From Marsupella aquatica (lineage: Eukaryota > Plantae > Marchantiophyta): 64,000 nt of DNA. Position 1 is the first letter of the stretch. Every line of letters begins with the position of its first letter. Both the position numbers and the translations under genes were made by a program. This document shows positions 14,171-25,668 of this stretch, piece after piece. Below the pieces are notes generated by a model, which had not been told where the DNA came from, did no database searches, and worked only from the letters and a program-made list of their open reading frames with translations. The stretch covers positions 5,728,944-5,792,943 of the forward strand of contig OZ316894.1 of assembly GCA_973895155.1 (NCBI GenBank), given 5' to 3'.

Positions 14171-14614
14171 CACCCCACATTCTTTGTTCTGCAAACTTCA
14201 TGCTTTTTGAGATGTTAGGTGGTGTGCTATGAAGTCTGAGTTATGAAGAATATCAGTAGTTTGTGAGGGACTCTGCAAGTAATGGGAGCAATATCAAAAT
14301 GCCAGTAGTTTGTAAAGGACCCTGAGAGTAACAGAAGTGATATCACGGACAAGAGGCAGAAAAAGGCCCGTTTGACCACTGCTGCCCAATGCTACCGACA
14401 ACCGGGTAGAGCAATTTAAACAGGCTGGAAATGGTAGTTTCACAATTTACATGCTACATTTTAGTCAAAACTTTAAAAAGTGCTGTCCAAGTATATTTTG
14501 GCTCTTTAGTGTGAGTCCATCCAAGCTTTGGAAATCCATACGGTCTTCGTTGCAAACCCCTGAGTCCTTACTTCCCTTACATTCACTTCTTAGTGAGGTG
14601 GAATTGGCTAATTT

Positions 14615-15088
14615 TTGCACCTCAAAACTGCACAGTACTCCAATGGACATCAGTGTCTCACCTCATCACCTGGGCAACTGGTTATTGCGGGTATCGTGGA
14701 TGCTGGGGAGCAAGTGGCCAGCGCAATGCCCACATTCACATGGCGTCAACCGCTTGCTCATCTTCCAGATTATCCAGTAATCGAGAAGTTCTTAAGAGGT
14801 CCACTACAAAGTTTTTTTTACATGACCATACCTGATTTAGCTGAGGCGACATCATTCGCGGAGACGTACTTCAACATAAACCAGGAAAAAATTGCCTATG
14901 CTGGTTACAGTGCGCTGGCAAGACCAGGCGGGAGGAGTCCTCTGGCGTTTTGCAGGATCTCCAAAACTGATCGAGTCTTCAAGATTGCTATGGAAGGCCG
15001 GCGGAAAGAGCGAGAGAACTTAAGACGATTAAAGGATGGAGTAGAAAGACGCATGTCCGCTATTTCTAATGATCTCTTGGAGGAGTAG
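14615..15088 (+). pseudogene. Orphan coding fragment resembling the C-terminal domain of large 2OG-Fe(II) dioxygenase-domain proteins; probably a pseudogenic remnant
   Basis: 157-codon open frame without an ATG at its 5' end. It contains PTFTWRQPLAHLPDYPVIEKFLRG...FAETYF...GYSALARPGG...CRISKT and a coiled-coil tail. The upstream frame (14451-14780) appears frameshifted. The family call is from memory of the PxFSWxxPxAxLPxxPxVExFLR motif. Confidence 0.45.
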
Positions 15089-15289
15089 ATATTTGCTTGA
15101 TGGTACTCCAAAATGAAAAGTATTACTTGATAGGATGGGACCCCAAAATGAAAAGTATTACTTGATAGGACCCTGAGGTTTTGGGAAGGTTGATTAAAGG
15201 CTATCAGGGTCAATCAAGGGGTCTGGACCACTCAAGGATCCTATCAAGTATGAATTTTCTTTTGGGGACCCATCAAGCAAATACCTGCT
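15084..15289. mobile_element. ~206-bp foldback/MITE-like element with ~52-bp imperfect terminal inverted repeats
   Basis: The left end agtagatatttgcttgatggtactccaaaatgaaaagtattacttgataggat matches the reverse complement of the right end, agcaggtatttgcttgatgggtccccaaaagaaaattcatacttgataggat. There is an internal 34-bp duplication and no clear TSD. Confidence 0.75.
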
Positions 15290-16857
15290 TGGCTTATCAC
15301 GTATGGCTTAAAAGTATGGCTGTGTGGATCGTGGGTGAGGTCTCTGCCCTCCATACTGAGCATTTGACATTTGAATCCAGCCCACAGGAGAAGACCTAGT
15401 TTGAAGGACCAACTTCCCAAATCTCAGTTCCAGACATTTGCATACGAGATTTCAATTCTTCATGTTTTCTGCCAACGTAACCTTCCCCTACATCTGAGCT
15501 GAAGCTTCCATTCAGTCTCGGACAGGTATACATTTCCGGATGAGAGCCCAATCTGGCTTATGCGTGGTGAAGGCCCCGGTGGGAAGAGCAAAGCGATCCA
15601 TCTGCAGAAGCGGTGAGGCGCATGACAACCCTGCAGGTTCTGGTACGTACATTTTTGCTGTTTTCTCTCCGCCTATGTATTTTGTTTCAGGATATTGAAT
15701 CCCTTTCTTTAGTGAATTGCTTTGGGGTTAGCCGCACTTCGACCATTTTTCAATTTTCAGACCTGTTTTTAGATTTGTAGACAGTCTTCTGGTATCGCTG
15801 CTGCTGTTGTTTCCGCTCATCCGTGGAGGAAACCTGAATTGAGTAGTAACTTTTTGCAACAGCCCTATCTTAGGAATCTTATAATTGTACATAGCTTTGT
15901 GGAAAGTTCTACATAGACTCAGGTTGGCATCCCGTTCTTGTGAAGTACAATTCTCTCGCGACTTGAAGTTATCTCATTAGCTCCATAACATACCCCATCT
16001 ATTAAGAGTGTTGAACCTTAATCTAACTCAGTAAGTAGTCAATCCAATGCTTCCTCGAGTGCATCTACGTTGGTATTTTACAGTGATATCGTCACTACCA
16101 ACTATAACAATTCGCACATTTTCGTTTTCTACATTTTAGACAATCCTTTTACACCGCTGGCAAATTCAACCATTTCCTCCGCTTGAATCTTGTTCAAGCC
16201 ATAAACACGTTCAATTCTATCTCCAACTGAAACCACTCGACCGATCTCGTCCACTTGTAATTTGGTTAGTGCTGCTTAGTTTTCATGCAGGCAATTTAGG
16301 GTAGAACCGAAACCCTTTGTGTCTTCTGTTGTCAGCCTAATAGTAATTGATGATACTGTATGAGTAAAAAAATTCTGTGTTCTCAAAGTCAGTGACATTC
16401 TCTTCTGAGCCAACGTCTGACATCGCCTCGTGCACAATTTGACATCCAAAAGACTTGAGGATGCTCTCTCATTTTGGATCTTGAGTATTCCTATGCAGCT
16501 ACCAATGAACTGATGATTAGGTTTCCTTTCTGGACATTCAAGAGTTTTGTGAGCTTGTCAAAGAATTCCATATTAAGTATACCACAACCTGCGGGTTTTT
16601 TAATGCGTTATGCAGTTCAAACATAAACTCCTTTGTCTGTGGTTGATAACGTTCAGTGCAATTCAAGCTTTGCGGTCAAACATGTACTTCTGTCCAGAGG
16701 ACTGCAGGATTTTTCCACACAATTTCACAGTTGCATAGCAAGTAGAATCAGTCGAGATTCTGTTCGCTTGAGCTCCAGCGTCCAGCAATTTGTCCGTGGA
16801 TCTATCCGGAGGGAGCATTTTATAAATAGTAAGACTCCTTTCATAAAGTTTGCAAAG

Positions 16858-18584
16858 ATGGAGGCCATGACAGACAGCACTACAATGGACAGCAGTACAA
16901 CGGAAAGTACATTGAGGCGAAATGCCATAGTCACCGGAGTTTCAAGGAGATATGGTATAGGATGGAGAATTGTTCGTGAATTTGTAGGCCAGGTGTGAAA
17001 TTGAACATTTTGCAAGCTTAAGCATTCAATTGACTGTCACCATGTTGATTGACTAACTAGGCGTGCTATGTTTCTAGGTGGATAGATTTGTGGTATCTAA
17101 TTATCAGTAGTACTTTTTCAAGATCAGTTGATGGGTATTTTAATACTTCCGTGCAAGAAAAGAATGATTGCAGTTCAAAGCAGGGAGTTCTTACTCTGTA
17201 GTATCGAGGACAGGGCTACAGGGTTTTAGGAGCAGACATACTAGACCTGGATTTGCAAGATCAAGCGAATGTCGAAGGGTTGTCAAGTGAAGATTTCCGT
17301 TTCGTCAAAGCGGATATCAGTGATCCATTTCACGCCCAGCATATTGTGGAACGAGGGGTGCAGTGGTTTGGACCAAGAATCAATGTTCTCATCAACAATG
17401 CTGGTAAGGGAGTATTGAACAGCCTAAGGAAGTTATTCCTTGCAGAGATCATCAAATTTTTTTCCCTCCCAGTCCAGACTTCTCCAGTCAGACTTCGGGT
17501 CAGGCAATTTCAGAAACTAAGATGAAATATAGGGAAGATTGTTCGTGCATAAATACCTCACGGTGACGTCTCGTGATCATTGCTGTGGTCTTCACTCCCT
17601 CCATCATTCTTCAGAACAAGAGTTCTCACTCTGCAATGGAGTAATGAAATGGGAGTTTTCCATTTGGTGGTCCAGTTCATTAATAATGAATAGTGTTTGC
17701 ACTGTCATGAGAACTGAAGCTAAGTTTAACCTTTAAGGGTTGTTTGGTGCGTCAGATTGTCGTTGAAAACAGTATCTGTGGGAAGATCATAAAATTTCGT
17801 GTGCTTATTAACTGCATATTTCTGTGTTCATTGACAGGAAGAACCAACTTTGGCGACAATGCCATGGAATCCTTCGCCGTCACAATTGCTGTGAATTTGA
17901 ATGGGGCGTACTACATGTCGCAGTGCGCCCTTCCATACATGGCCCCTGGTGCTTCCAGCATTATCCACATGTCGAGCACTCGTGCTCTACAAAGTGAGCC
18001 AAACACAGAGGCGTATTCCGCGTCCAAAGCCGGTCTATTGGGATTAACTCACTCTCAGGTACGTGGGATTGTTGGTCAAATTCAATGTGCTGATCAGGTT
18101 TCAAAATTTGATGCTAGGATCAGAGCAAAATGGGAACAAATTTACTGGAAAAAGTACCAACAAAGTATAATCAGAATACTCGAGAGAAGTAGTCTAGAGA
18201 GGACCAACACACAGGTAAGAATGGAGGGAGTCAGATCTCAATTAGGTTTTCTCCGGTCCCCTTTCGTGACAATCTAGCCCAATGAATTTAATCGTTTAAG
18301 GAGCTCGTCATGATGTCCAGCCTTTGAATGTTCAGGCAATCACTTTAGCAGGGAAGGTTCGAGTCAATGCAGTGTTACCAGGATGGATCAATACGGACCC
18401 TTCAGGTGAAGCTCTCAGGCCAGAAGACCATGCATGGCATCCTGCAGGGCGAGTGGGGGTGCCAAAAGACGTGGCAGACCTTTGCCTGTTTCTCTGTGAC
18501 GATCGACGAGCTGGGTTCATAACTGGCCAAGAGTTTGTGATTGATGGAGGAACCACCAAAAAGATGGTCTACCCTGAGGACTAA
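16858..18584 (+). CDS. Classical short-chain dehydrogenase/reductase (bacterial A3DFK9-like type); exons 16858-16992, 17214-17403, 17838-18058, 18336-18584
   Basis: SDR motifs TGVSRRYGIG, INNAG, SSTRALQSEPNTEAYSASK (YxxxK), VRVNAVLPGWI and GFITGQEFVIDGG are present. Three GT-AG introns restore the frame (phases 0, 1, 0). Confidence 0.93.
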
Positions 18585-19039
18585 ATTCTTTCAACGCAGC
18601 TATGGTTTCAAGACGAAACAGAGTGGTGTTTCGAAGGTCTGCTTGCATGGAGGCCATTGCAGAGTGGCGCCACTCATCGTCAGTGAGTGCTTTCTCCAGA
18701 TAAACATATTCATCTTGTCGCGGGTTGGCTACAGGAGAAGAAATATTTGCTGCTGCTTAGGGTGGAAGCCAGGGTTTCACCCTCACATTCATCTTTCAAT
18801 ATTTAAATAAATGCAGACGATAACGTCTGTATCTGTGTGCCAGAGACCTTTGTGGGTAGAAATGATACTTATCCGTGGTTTTAATGTACTAACGGAAAAT
18901 TCGCAGAGGAAGGAATAGCCCAGATCTCTCGTTGTGATGTGATTTACTGGGCACTTCGTATCGAGTTCCCTAGCTCTGATGCTCGGTACGTTAGTAGTGA
19001 GGCTTGAGTACATCACTTTTAGCTGATGACAATTTCGCT

Positions 19040-19810
19040 CATCAAAGAGACTTTCTTGAGATTGACCGGACACGGGATTCTGTTTTCTGGTGAGAGCGTA
19101 AGTGGCCAGCAGTTCAAAGACACATCGTATCCGAAACAACGGCTTCCCCTTAAGTACAGATTCTTGGTCCGCTGTGCCATCGGATCAATCGTCGCCGTGT
19201 CTATACACGGATAAAACATGGTCCTGGCTTGGCCATATCAATTCAATAAGCGAGCTATCCCAATTTTCGGTGACCTCTATGTTGGATCGCTGAGTGCTGC
19301 GAACCCAAATTGGTAACCTGTCTATTTTAGCATCGATCTCCACATAGCGGCAACGACTTGGCTAGGTTACTTTGGACAGCTACCCCATCCCAATGTGTTC
19401 GGCAACCTCCCTATCTCGGCATCTATCTCACGCGGGTAGCAGAGACTTAATAGAAGGCGCGAAAGCTCATGCGGAGAGTAACCGGGACGACTCAGGAAAG
19501 CTTCTGCTCGACGGGATGTACAAGCCTGAGGGCGCAGACAGTCGCCCGAAGCATTTAGGCAACTTTCTAATCCATCAGGCCTCGAAGACTTCAGACGTGA
19601 AGGCCCTCAGTTACCCAGAGGTTCCAGGCGAGGGTGTGCAAACTGTCGCAGTGATGGAAGCATTCAAGCTCTCAAACGCCCGCAATCATTAGAAGCCTCC
19701 TGTTTTAAGGCCCGAAAATATTGTAAAGCCCTGAGTGGCCCGAACGACCGCGGGCCGCCAATGTTCGGGCAACTCAAGGCCTTAAAGCTTTTCAGATCCT
19801 TGTTTCTTCA
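19040..19810 (-). pseudogene. Decayed leucine-rich-repeat (NLR-type LRR) pseudogene
   Basis: Minus-strand fragments separated by stops and frameshifts: LKSFKALSCPNIGGPRSFGPLRALQYF, HHCDSLHTL, IRKLPKCFGRLSA, SFPESSRLL, IGRLPNTLG, KIDRLP, KNLYLRG. These fit the xxLPxSFGxLxxL repeat. Confidence 0.6.
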
Positions 19811-20583
19811 GATGATCAGACACAAAGTGCCACACACGAGTCTTCCGAGGTCTTCCAAGTAGTAAACGAACACCAAGGTCAGGCTTCAAAATAACCTCAT
19901 CTAACAAGTTTGCCGAGGACTACTTCATCAGGATTTGCGCAGCTCTATCAATCGACAAGCACCTGCTCGAGTTCCGAAAATCATACTCATGTTGGGACAT
20001 TGACATCGACCTATTGCCCGACCAAACCGCAAGCCATCAAATCCCTACATATCGCAACAACAGTACCGCTCGAGTCTGATGAGATCGTCTAATCCAATGG
20101 GCCCGTCGTGACTAACATAATGCCAAACAACCGATCCATGCGCCGGCACGAGTTCGGACGAAGAAAAAACCAATGTGGAGACATCGATCCACACAGACGC
20201 ATGAAACGCAAGAAACGCATCGAAACGCAAAGATGCATGAAACGCACGAAACGAAATCACTACATTATTATCGAAACAACGATACCGATCTCCTGTGATG
20301 AGATCGTCGAACGCGCTCAACGCCATTAACAAGCTGGAGAAGAAACGACCTATAGACCGCAATTTAGGGTTTCAATTCCGCCACATTTGCAACAAGAACA
20401 GACCAAAACAACGACATTACTATTTCTCCTCACGGGAATTTATATGATGAAGCAATGGACGGGGGGGACCTCAGTCGGCCACTGGGAGTGGGGCCATAAA
20501 CCTCCCCTCTCCATGGGCACAACCCATGGAACCAGTCCTTGCTTAACCGGGCACTAGTCAGCCCTTTCCCCTCTTTTCTTCCC

Positions 20584-20784
20584 CTTCATTGGGTTGCTTT
20601 GCCTTTGGATCATGTCTCCTGTTTCGGTGTTTTCTGCCTTTGTGCAGTGTGAAATATAATCAGCCGTCCAGTAAGTGTTCAGCTTCATTGGGTTACTTTG
20701 CCTTTGGATCATGTCTCCCGCTTAGGTGTTTTCTGCCTTTGTGCAGTGTGATATATAATCAGCCATCCGGTAAGTGTTCAGCTT
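20584..20784. repeat. 99-bp tandem duplication (2 copies)
   Basis: cttcattgggtt(g/a)ctttgcctttggatcatgtctcc...taagtgttcagctt starts at 20584 and again at 20683. Confidence 0.92.
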
Positions 20785-21159
20785 GTGAAGGGTGGTGTAA
20801 ATTTGTGACTTCGACCCCCCACCAGACCTTGGTGAAACTCAAAACACCGTTTCAAACCACCATATTTTGGCACTCGGTGGCATTGCTTGAACTCGCCAAA
20901 TATATCTGATGGTTTGTAGGGCTGGATCTCGGAAGGCATGGATGGCCACAGTGTCACTCTGACTTGTTCCCACCACGGTCATTGCTTTTGGCACAGTTGG
21001 ATGGGGTGATGGGTGGGGCAGGGTTTTGTGTCACACTTGCCACTCATGAGACAGTGCATTAAAAGTTTCACTACGCTTGCCAATAGCGGACTGGGAATAC
21101 TCTGACCAGTGCAAATCCTCCTAGTTGACCACAAAATAGTCACTTCTCTTCCCACCATT

Positions 21160-21710
21160 TTAATTGCTAAGAACATTATTAACTAGTTAGGGTGATGGAT
21201 GCACCAGGTTTTGAAATGGAGACAATGACACTACTTTACTTTGTTGAGAACATATACTAGTTTGGGTGATCTCATTCCACCCGGTTTTGGTAATGGAGAG
21301 TGAAGAAGTCTAATGGTTTCAGAAGGAAGGTAATGGAGAGTGACAAAGTCTAATCATTCAGGAGGAAGTACGAGCTGGCTTTTTTATGCCAAAAACTTGC
21401 TAGATTCTTCCAGTGGTTTACTTTGCTAAAAACATTATGAACTAGCCGGGGCAATCTCCATCCACAAGGTTTTGAAAATGGAGACGCTTGCATTCATTAA
21501 CTTTGCTAAGTACATTACAGACTTGTTAGGGTGATCTGGATCCCCCAGGTTTTGAAGATGGAAACCCGTCCACTTATTAAAGTTGCTAAGTACTTACAGA
21601 CTATCTGGATCCAATAGGTTTTTGAAAATGGAGAGTGACACAGTTGAATGATGTTGGGAGGAGGTAAGAGAGTGTTTTTCATGCACCAAAACTTGCCAGA
21701 TTCCATCCTT
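21160..21710. repeat. Degenerate ~75-80-bp satellite-like array
   Basis: About 5 copies of ttgctaag-ac...ctag...gggtgatc...ccaggttttgaaatggaga, with a higher-order repeat of aatggagagtgaca...aaaacttgc-agattc. Confidence 0.65.
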
Positions 21711-22362
21711 AGGATAGAATCTAATAGTCAACCTTAACACTAGGGAGGTTTGACAGTCAAAAGTTAATATAGGAAATTCAGGTCAGGAATATTTCTTTAC
21801 ACAAAGTGACATTCTGCACAGTGGGAAACAAACTAAAAACCCATAAAATTACACTAGTAAGAGCATCTCCACAGGTGATCCTTGTCATCCAAGGTGATAT
21901 TCCACACACTGGAAAAAAAATTAACACCTTGAAAATTACACTGGTTAGAGCATTGCAGCTGGTGATCCTTGTCACCCACTAAACCACCGATTGAACTGGA
22001 TGAAGAGAAAATATGGATATTGCCCACCCCACCTACCCCTACTTCTAAATAAACAAGATGGTTTCATACCATTCTTGATATCAGTAATAGCCCCAAACAT
22101 CCAACCAAACAGTTTGGCAGTTAAAACTAAAAAGTCCACCTTGTGTGCTGGACCACATGATTATTTACTTTCTTAAGATCAGATGATCAATAAGCTTCCT
22201 CTCTAACTACAACAGAAGGATCCGATCATGCAGGAGTTTTAAACCTTTCGTCCTACTGCCATATCAAAAACTATAATAAAGTGGTGCACACTTTCTTAGA
22301 GTGGTCTGTCATTTAAATTTCTCAAGACTTTTAGGGTGAGACAATCATGGGTTTATTCATCA

Positions 22363-25300
22363 CTAGCTCAATACCCGTGCGTTGCACAAAAGAAATCGTG
22401 TCGGCCAAGATGTTGTTGAGAAAAAAAGATGTCATGTCGGCCAAGAGGTCGTTGAGAGAAAATATGGCGTGTGGGCCAAGTGGTCGTGGAGACAAAAGAT
22501 GTCTGTCGGCCGAGACATTGTTGAGAGAAAATACCCATGTGCTGCACAAAAGATATCATGTCGCCCAAGATGTTGTTATGTGAAAGATGTCATGGAGTAA
22601 AAAGATGTTGTTATGTGAAAGATGTCATGGAGTAAAAAGATGTTGTTAAGAAAAAAGAAGTCATTTGCCAAAGATGCCATTATGTGAAATATGTTGTTAA
22701 GAAAAATGTGTCATTTTGCCAAAGATATCGTGAAGTAAAAGATGTTATAAGAAAAAAGGTGTCGTTTCATCCAAGTTGTCATTATGTGAAAGATGTTTTG
22801 AAATAAAAATTCAAGGAGAGAAGGAGCAAGTCTTTTTCATTGTTTTTCTTTTTTCACCCAAAATGCCCCTGCATTTGAATGACAACCACTCTATAAATTG
22901 GCACAACGTTATATTATCGGTTTCAGGTATAGGGTTTATCAAAGATGATTATTATGTCGGTATCCTTTCAATCCCCGTGCGTTGCATAAAAGATGTTGTT
23001 TGGTTAAAGACAACCACAAAAGTATAACAAAATGAGAGGTGTACCTTAACCTCCCCCTTTAAATTCCCCATTTTCCTATTTTTGGGTCTTCTCTTTTTCA
23101 CATCCACCATCACTCCACTCGTTGTCGCCCCCCCCTCCCCACCCATGTGAGATCAAGGGGCTACCCTACTTTGCGAGTGTACCCCTCGCCCGACACCTTG
23201 CCATCATCACCCATGCCATGCGCTTCATTATGTCTCTGTACCTTATTATTTTTGTTTTTTGGCATTGAAAATGACACTGCAAATGACTGTAAAAATCACC
23301 ACAAATATTGGGAGAGTAGTTTTTATTTGATCTAGTGACTAAAACATTATTAGCAATTAAACTACTCTTGCCAGTATTACAAAAAATTATGATGCACACA
23401 ATATTGAACATGTACAATGAATATGTACAATACTTACTTGCATGGATGTATTTAGTTGATCCTAGTGCATTGATCTTTTTGCATTGTGTTAAAGTCTATC
23501 ACTTCTTCTTTTCTGTGTCCAGTATGATTATTCTTGCTTGCTTGTCTTGGGCACTGGTGCAACTTTTTGCGATTCACACTAACCTCAATTCACACTTTGG
23601 CTTTATTGCTTACCTTTGACCAAATTTTTTAATTTTTGTGCCCTTCAAATTTGAACTACAAACACTCTAAAAAGTGAAGCAACTGTGTACTATATGTGTA
23701 TAGCTCAATACCCGTGCGTTGCACAAAAGATGTCGTGTCTCCCAAGATGTCGTATCCTCTAAGATGTTAAGACAAAAAGATGTTGTGTTGCCCACAATGT
23801 AGTTAAGAAAAAATATGTTGTGTCGCCCAAGACGTCGTTAAGAAAAAAAGATGTGGTGTTGCCCAAGATGTCGTTAAGAAAGAAAATGTCGTGTCGCCCA
23901 GCTGAAGATGTCATGACAAAAAAAATGTTGTGTCGCCCATTGTTGTGTCGTCCAATGTTGTGTCGCCCACTGTGTCATTAATAAAGAAAAAAGATATTGT
24001 GTCACCAAAGATGTACTTAAGAAAAATGATATTGTGTCATCCAAAATGTCCTTAAGACAAAAGATATCGAATCAACCAAGATATTGTTTAGAAAAAAAAT
24101 GTTGTGGCACCCAATATGTCCTTATGAAAAGAAATGCCACATTGCCCAAGATGTTGTTAAGAGAAAAGTTGTCGTTAAGTAAAAAAGATGTTAGGACAAA
24201 AGTTGCACAAAAGATGGTGTGGTGAGAAAAAGATGTTGAAGTGAAAAATAGATGTTGAGGTGAGAAAAAGAAGTTGAAGTGAGAAAAATATGTCAAAGAG
24301 AGAATTGTTGAGGTGAGAAAAAGATGTTGAGGTGAACAAAGATGTTGATGAGAAAAAAAGATGTTGAGCTAAGAAAAAGAAGTAGAGCAAAAACTATGTC
24401 AAGGAGAGAAAAGATGATGATATGAGAAAAATATGTGAAGATGAGGAAAAGATTTCGAGAGTGAGGGAAAGATGTTGTGGTGAGATAAAAATGTGAAGGT
24501 GAGAAACAGGTCAGATGTCGAGGTGAAAACAAATGTCAATGAGAAAAAGAGATGTTGAGGTGAGACAATGAAGTCAAGGTGAAGAAAAGATGTCGAGGAG
24601 AGAAAAAACATGGCGAGGTGAAAAAAAGACGTTGAGGAGAGAAAACATGTAGAGGGTGGGAGAAAAATGTGAAGGTGAGATAAAGATGTCAAGGTGAGAA
24701 AAGATATTGAGTCGGGTGCGAACAATATCAATATGAGAAAAAACAAGGCGAGAGAGAAACAAACATCAAGGACCTAAACGATGTTGAGGGTGAGAAAAAA
24801 TTGTCGTGAGAAATATATGTCAAGGCAAGGTAGAGACTGAGATAATAGTCATCGCAACATAGAGTCCAAGCACAACCAAGTGACAGAAAAAAATATGTGT
24901 TTTATTTAAAAAATTTAGAGAAATTAATATCATATATATTATTTATACTCAAGAATATAAATTTAAAGTTATTATTCAATTCATTAAGTCTCAATTTTAA
25001 TAATTAAGGTTTTAATTAATTTTCAAATAAGTTTTTTCTTGGTTAGGTGTGGGTAAGGTATGGGTAGCTTGGGCAGAGATAATTGAAATTAATAGAGATC
25101 TGGATGGATCCTACAGTTGCAGAAAAACAAAGTTTTATTTAAGACCTAGGATTGTTTCCATTTTTTCTTGAGTTTGTAAATAATACCATATCCATTTTTA
25201 GAGGATATGTTATATAGTGACTTATGATACTCTTGCATACAACAGCTTTAGGTACCTTTTTTGTCTTTTGTTTCCATCATTAGATTCCTTTTTGTGTGAA

Positions 25301-25668
25301 AAGTACATGCAATAGGGTTAGTTACATTTTTTGTTTTGGGTGTCCACCAATTGATTACTGTTTGTGTGAAAAGATTTCATGTACTTTTTGGTTCACTCTA
25401 TATTTAATTTGCTTTTAGTTTTATCCCTTCTCTTTGTTGATTACTTCTTTTTTTGGCACTGTATTTTTGAATGACGACCACGGGAAAAAAAGGCGCAATA
25501 GTGTATTATAGTTTAGGATAGGTGGCACGACTTAATTTTCTTAACTACATCCTTTAATTGATGATGTCTTTCACATAACAACATTTTTGACAAAATAACT
25601 TCTTTTTTTCTTAACAATATCTTTTCAGTTCATGATATCTTTTGTGCAATGCATGGGTATTGATCTAA
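22363..25668. mobile_element. Cluster of non-autonomous Helitron-like elements carrying minisatellites
   Basis: A plant Helitron 3'-end signature (GTGCAACGCACGGG..TTGAGCTAG|T) lies on the minus strand at 22363-22392. Further copies occur at ~22531, ~22970 and 23700, plus a plus-strand copy (tgtgcaatgcatgggtattgatctaa|t) ending at 25668. No RepHel ORF is present. Confidence 0.65.
23725..24810. repeat. Purine-rich minisatellite array (~40-bp units grading into ~20-bp gatgttgaggtgagaaaaa units)
   Basis: Dozens of aagatgtcgt/tgttg...aagaaaaaa units followed by gatgttgaggtgagaaaaa units. Related units occur at 22390-22800 and inverted at 25560-25730. Confidence 0.9.

Noticed and set aside
23725-24810. 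Phe/Ser/His-rich ORFs and CRISPR-like periodicity
   Set aside because: These are translations of a degenerate minisatellite, with no constant repeat plus spacer structure.
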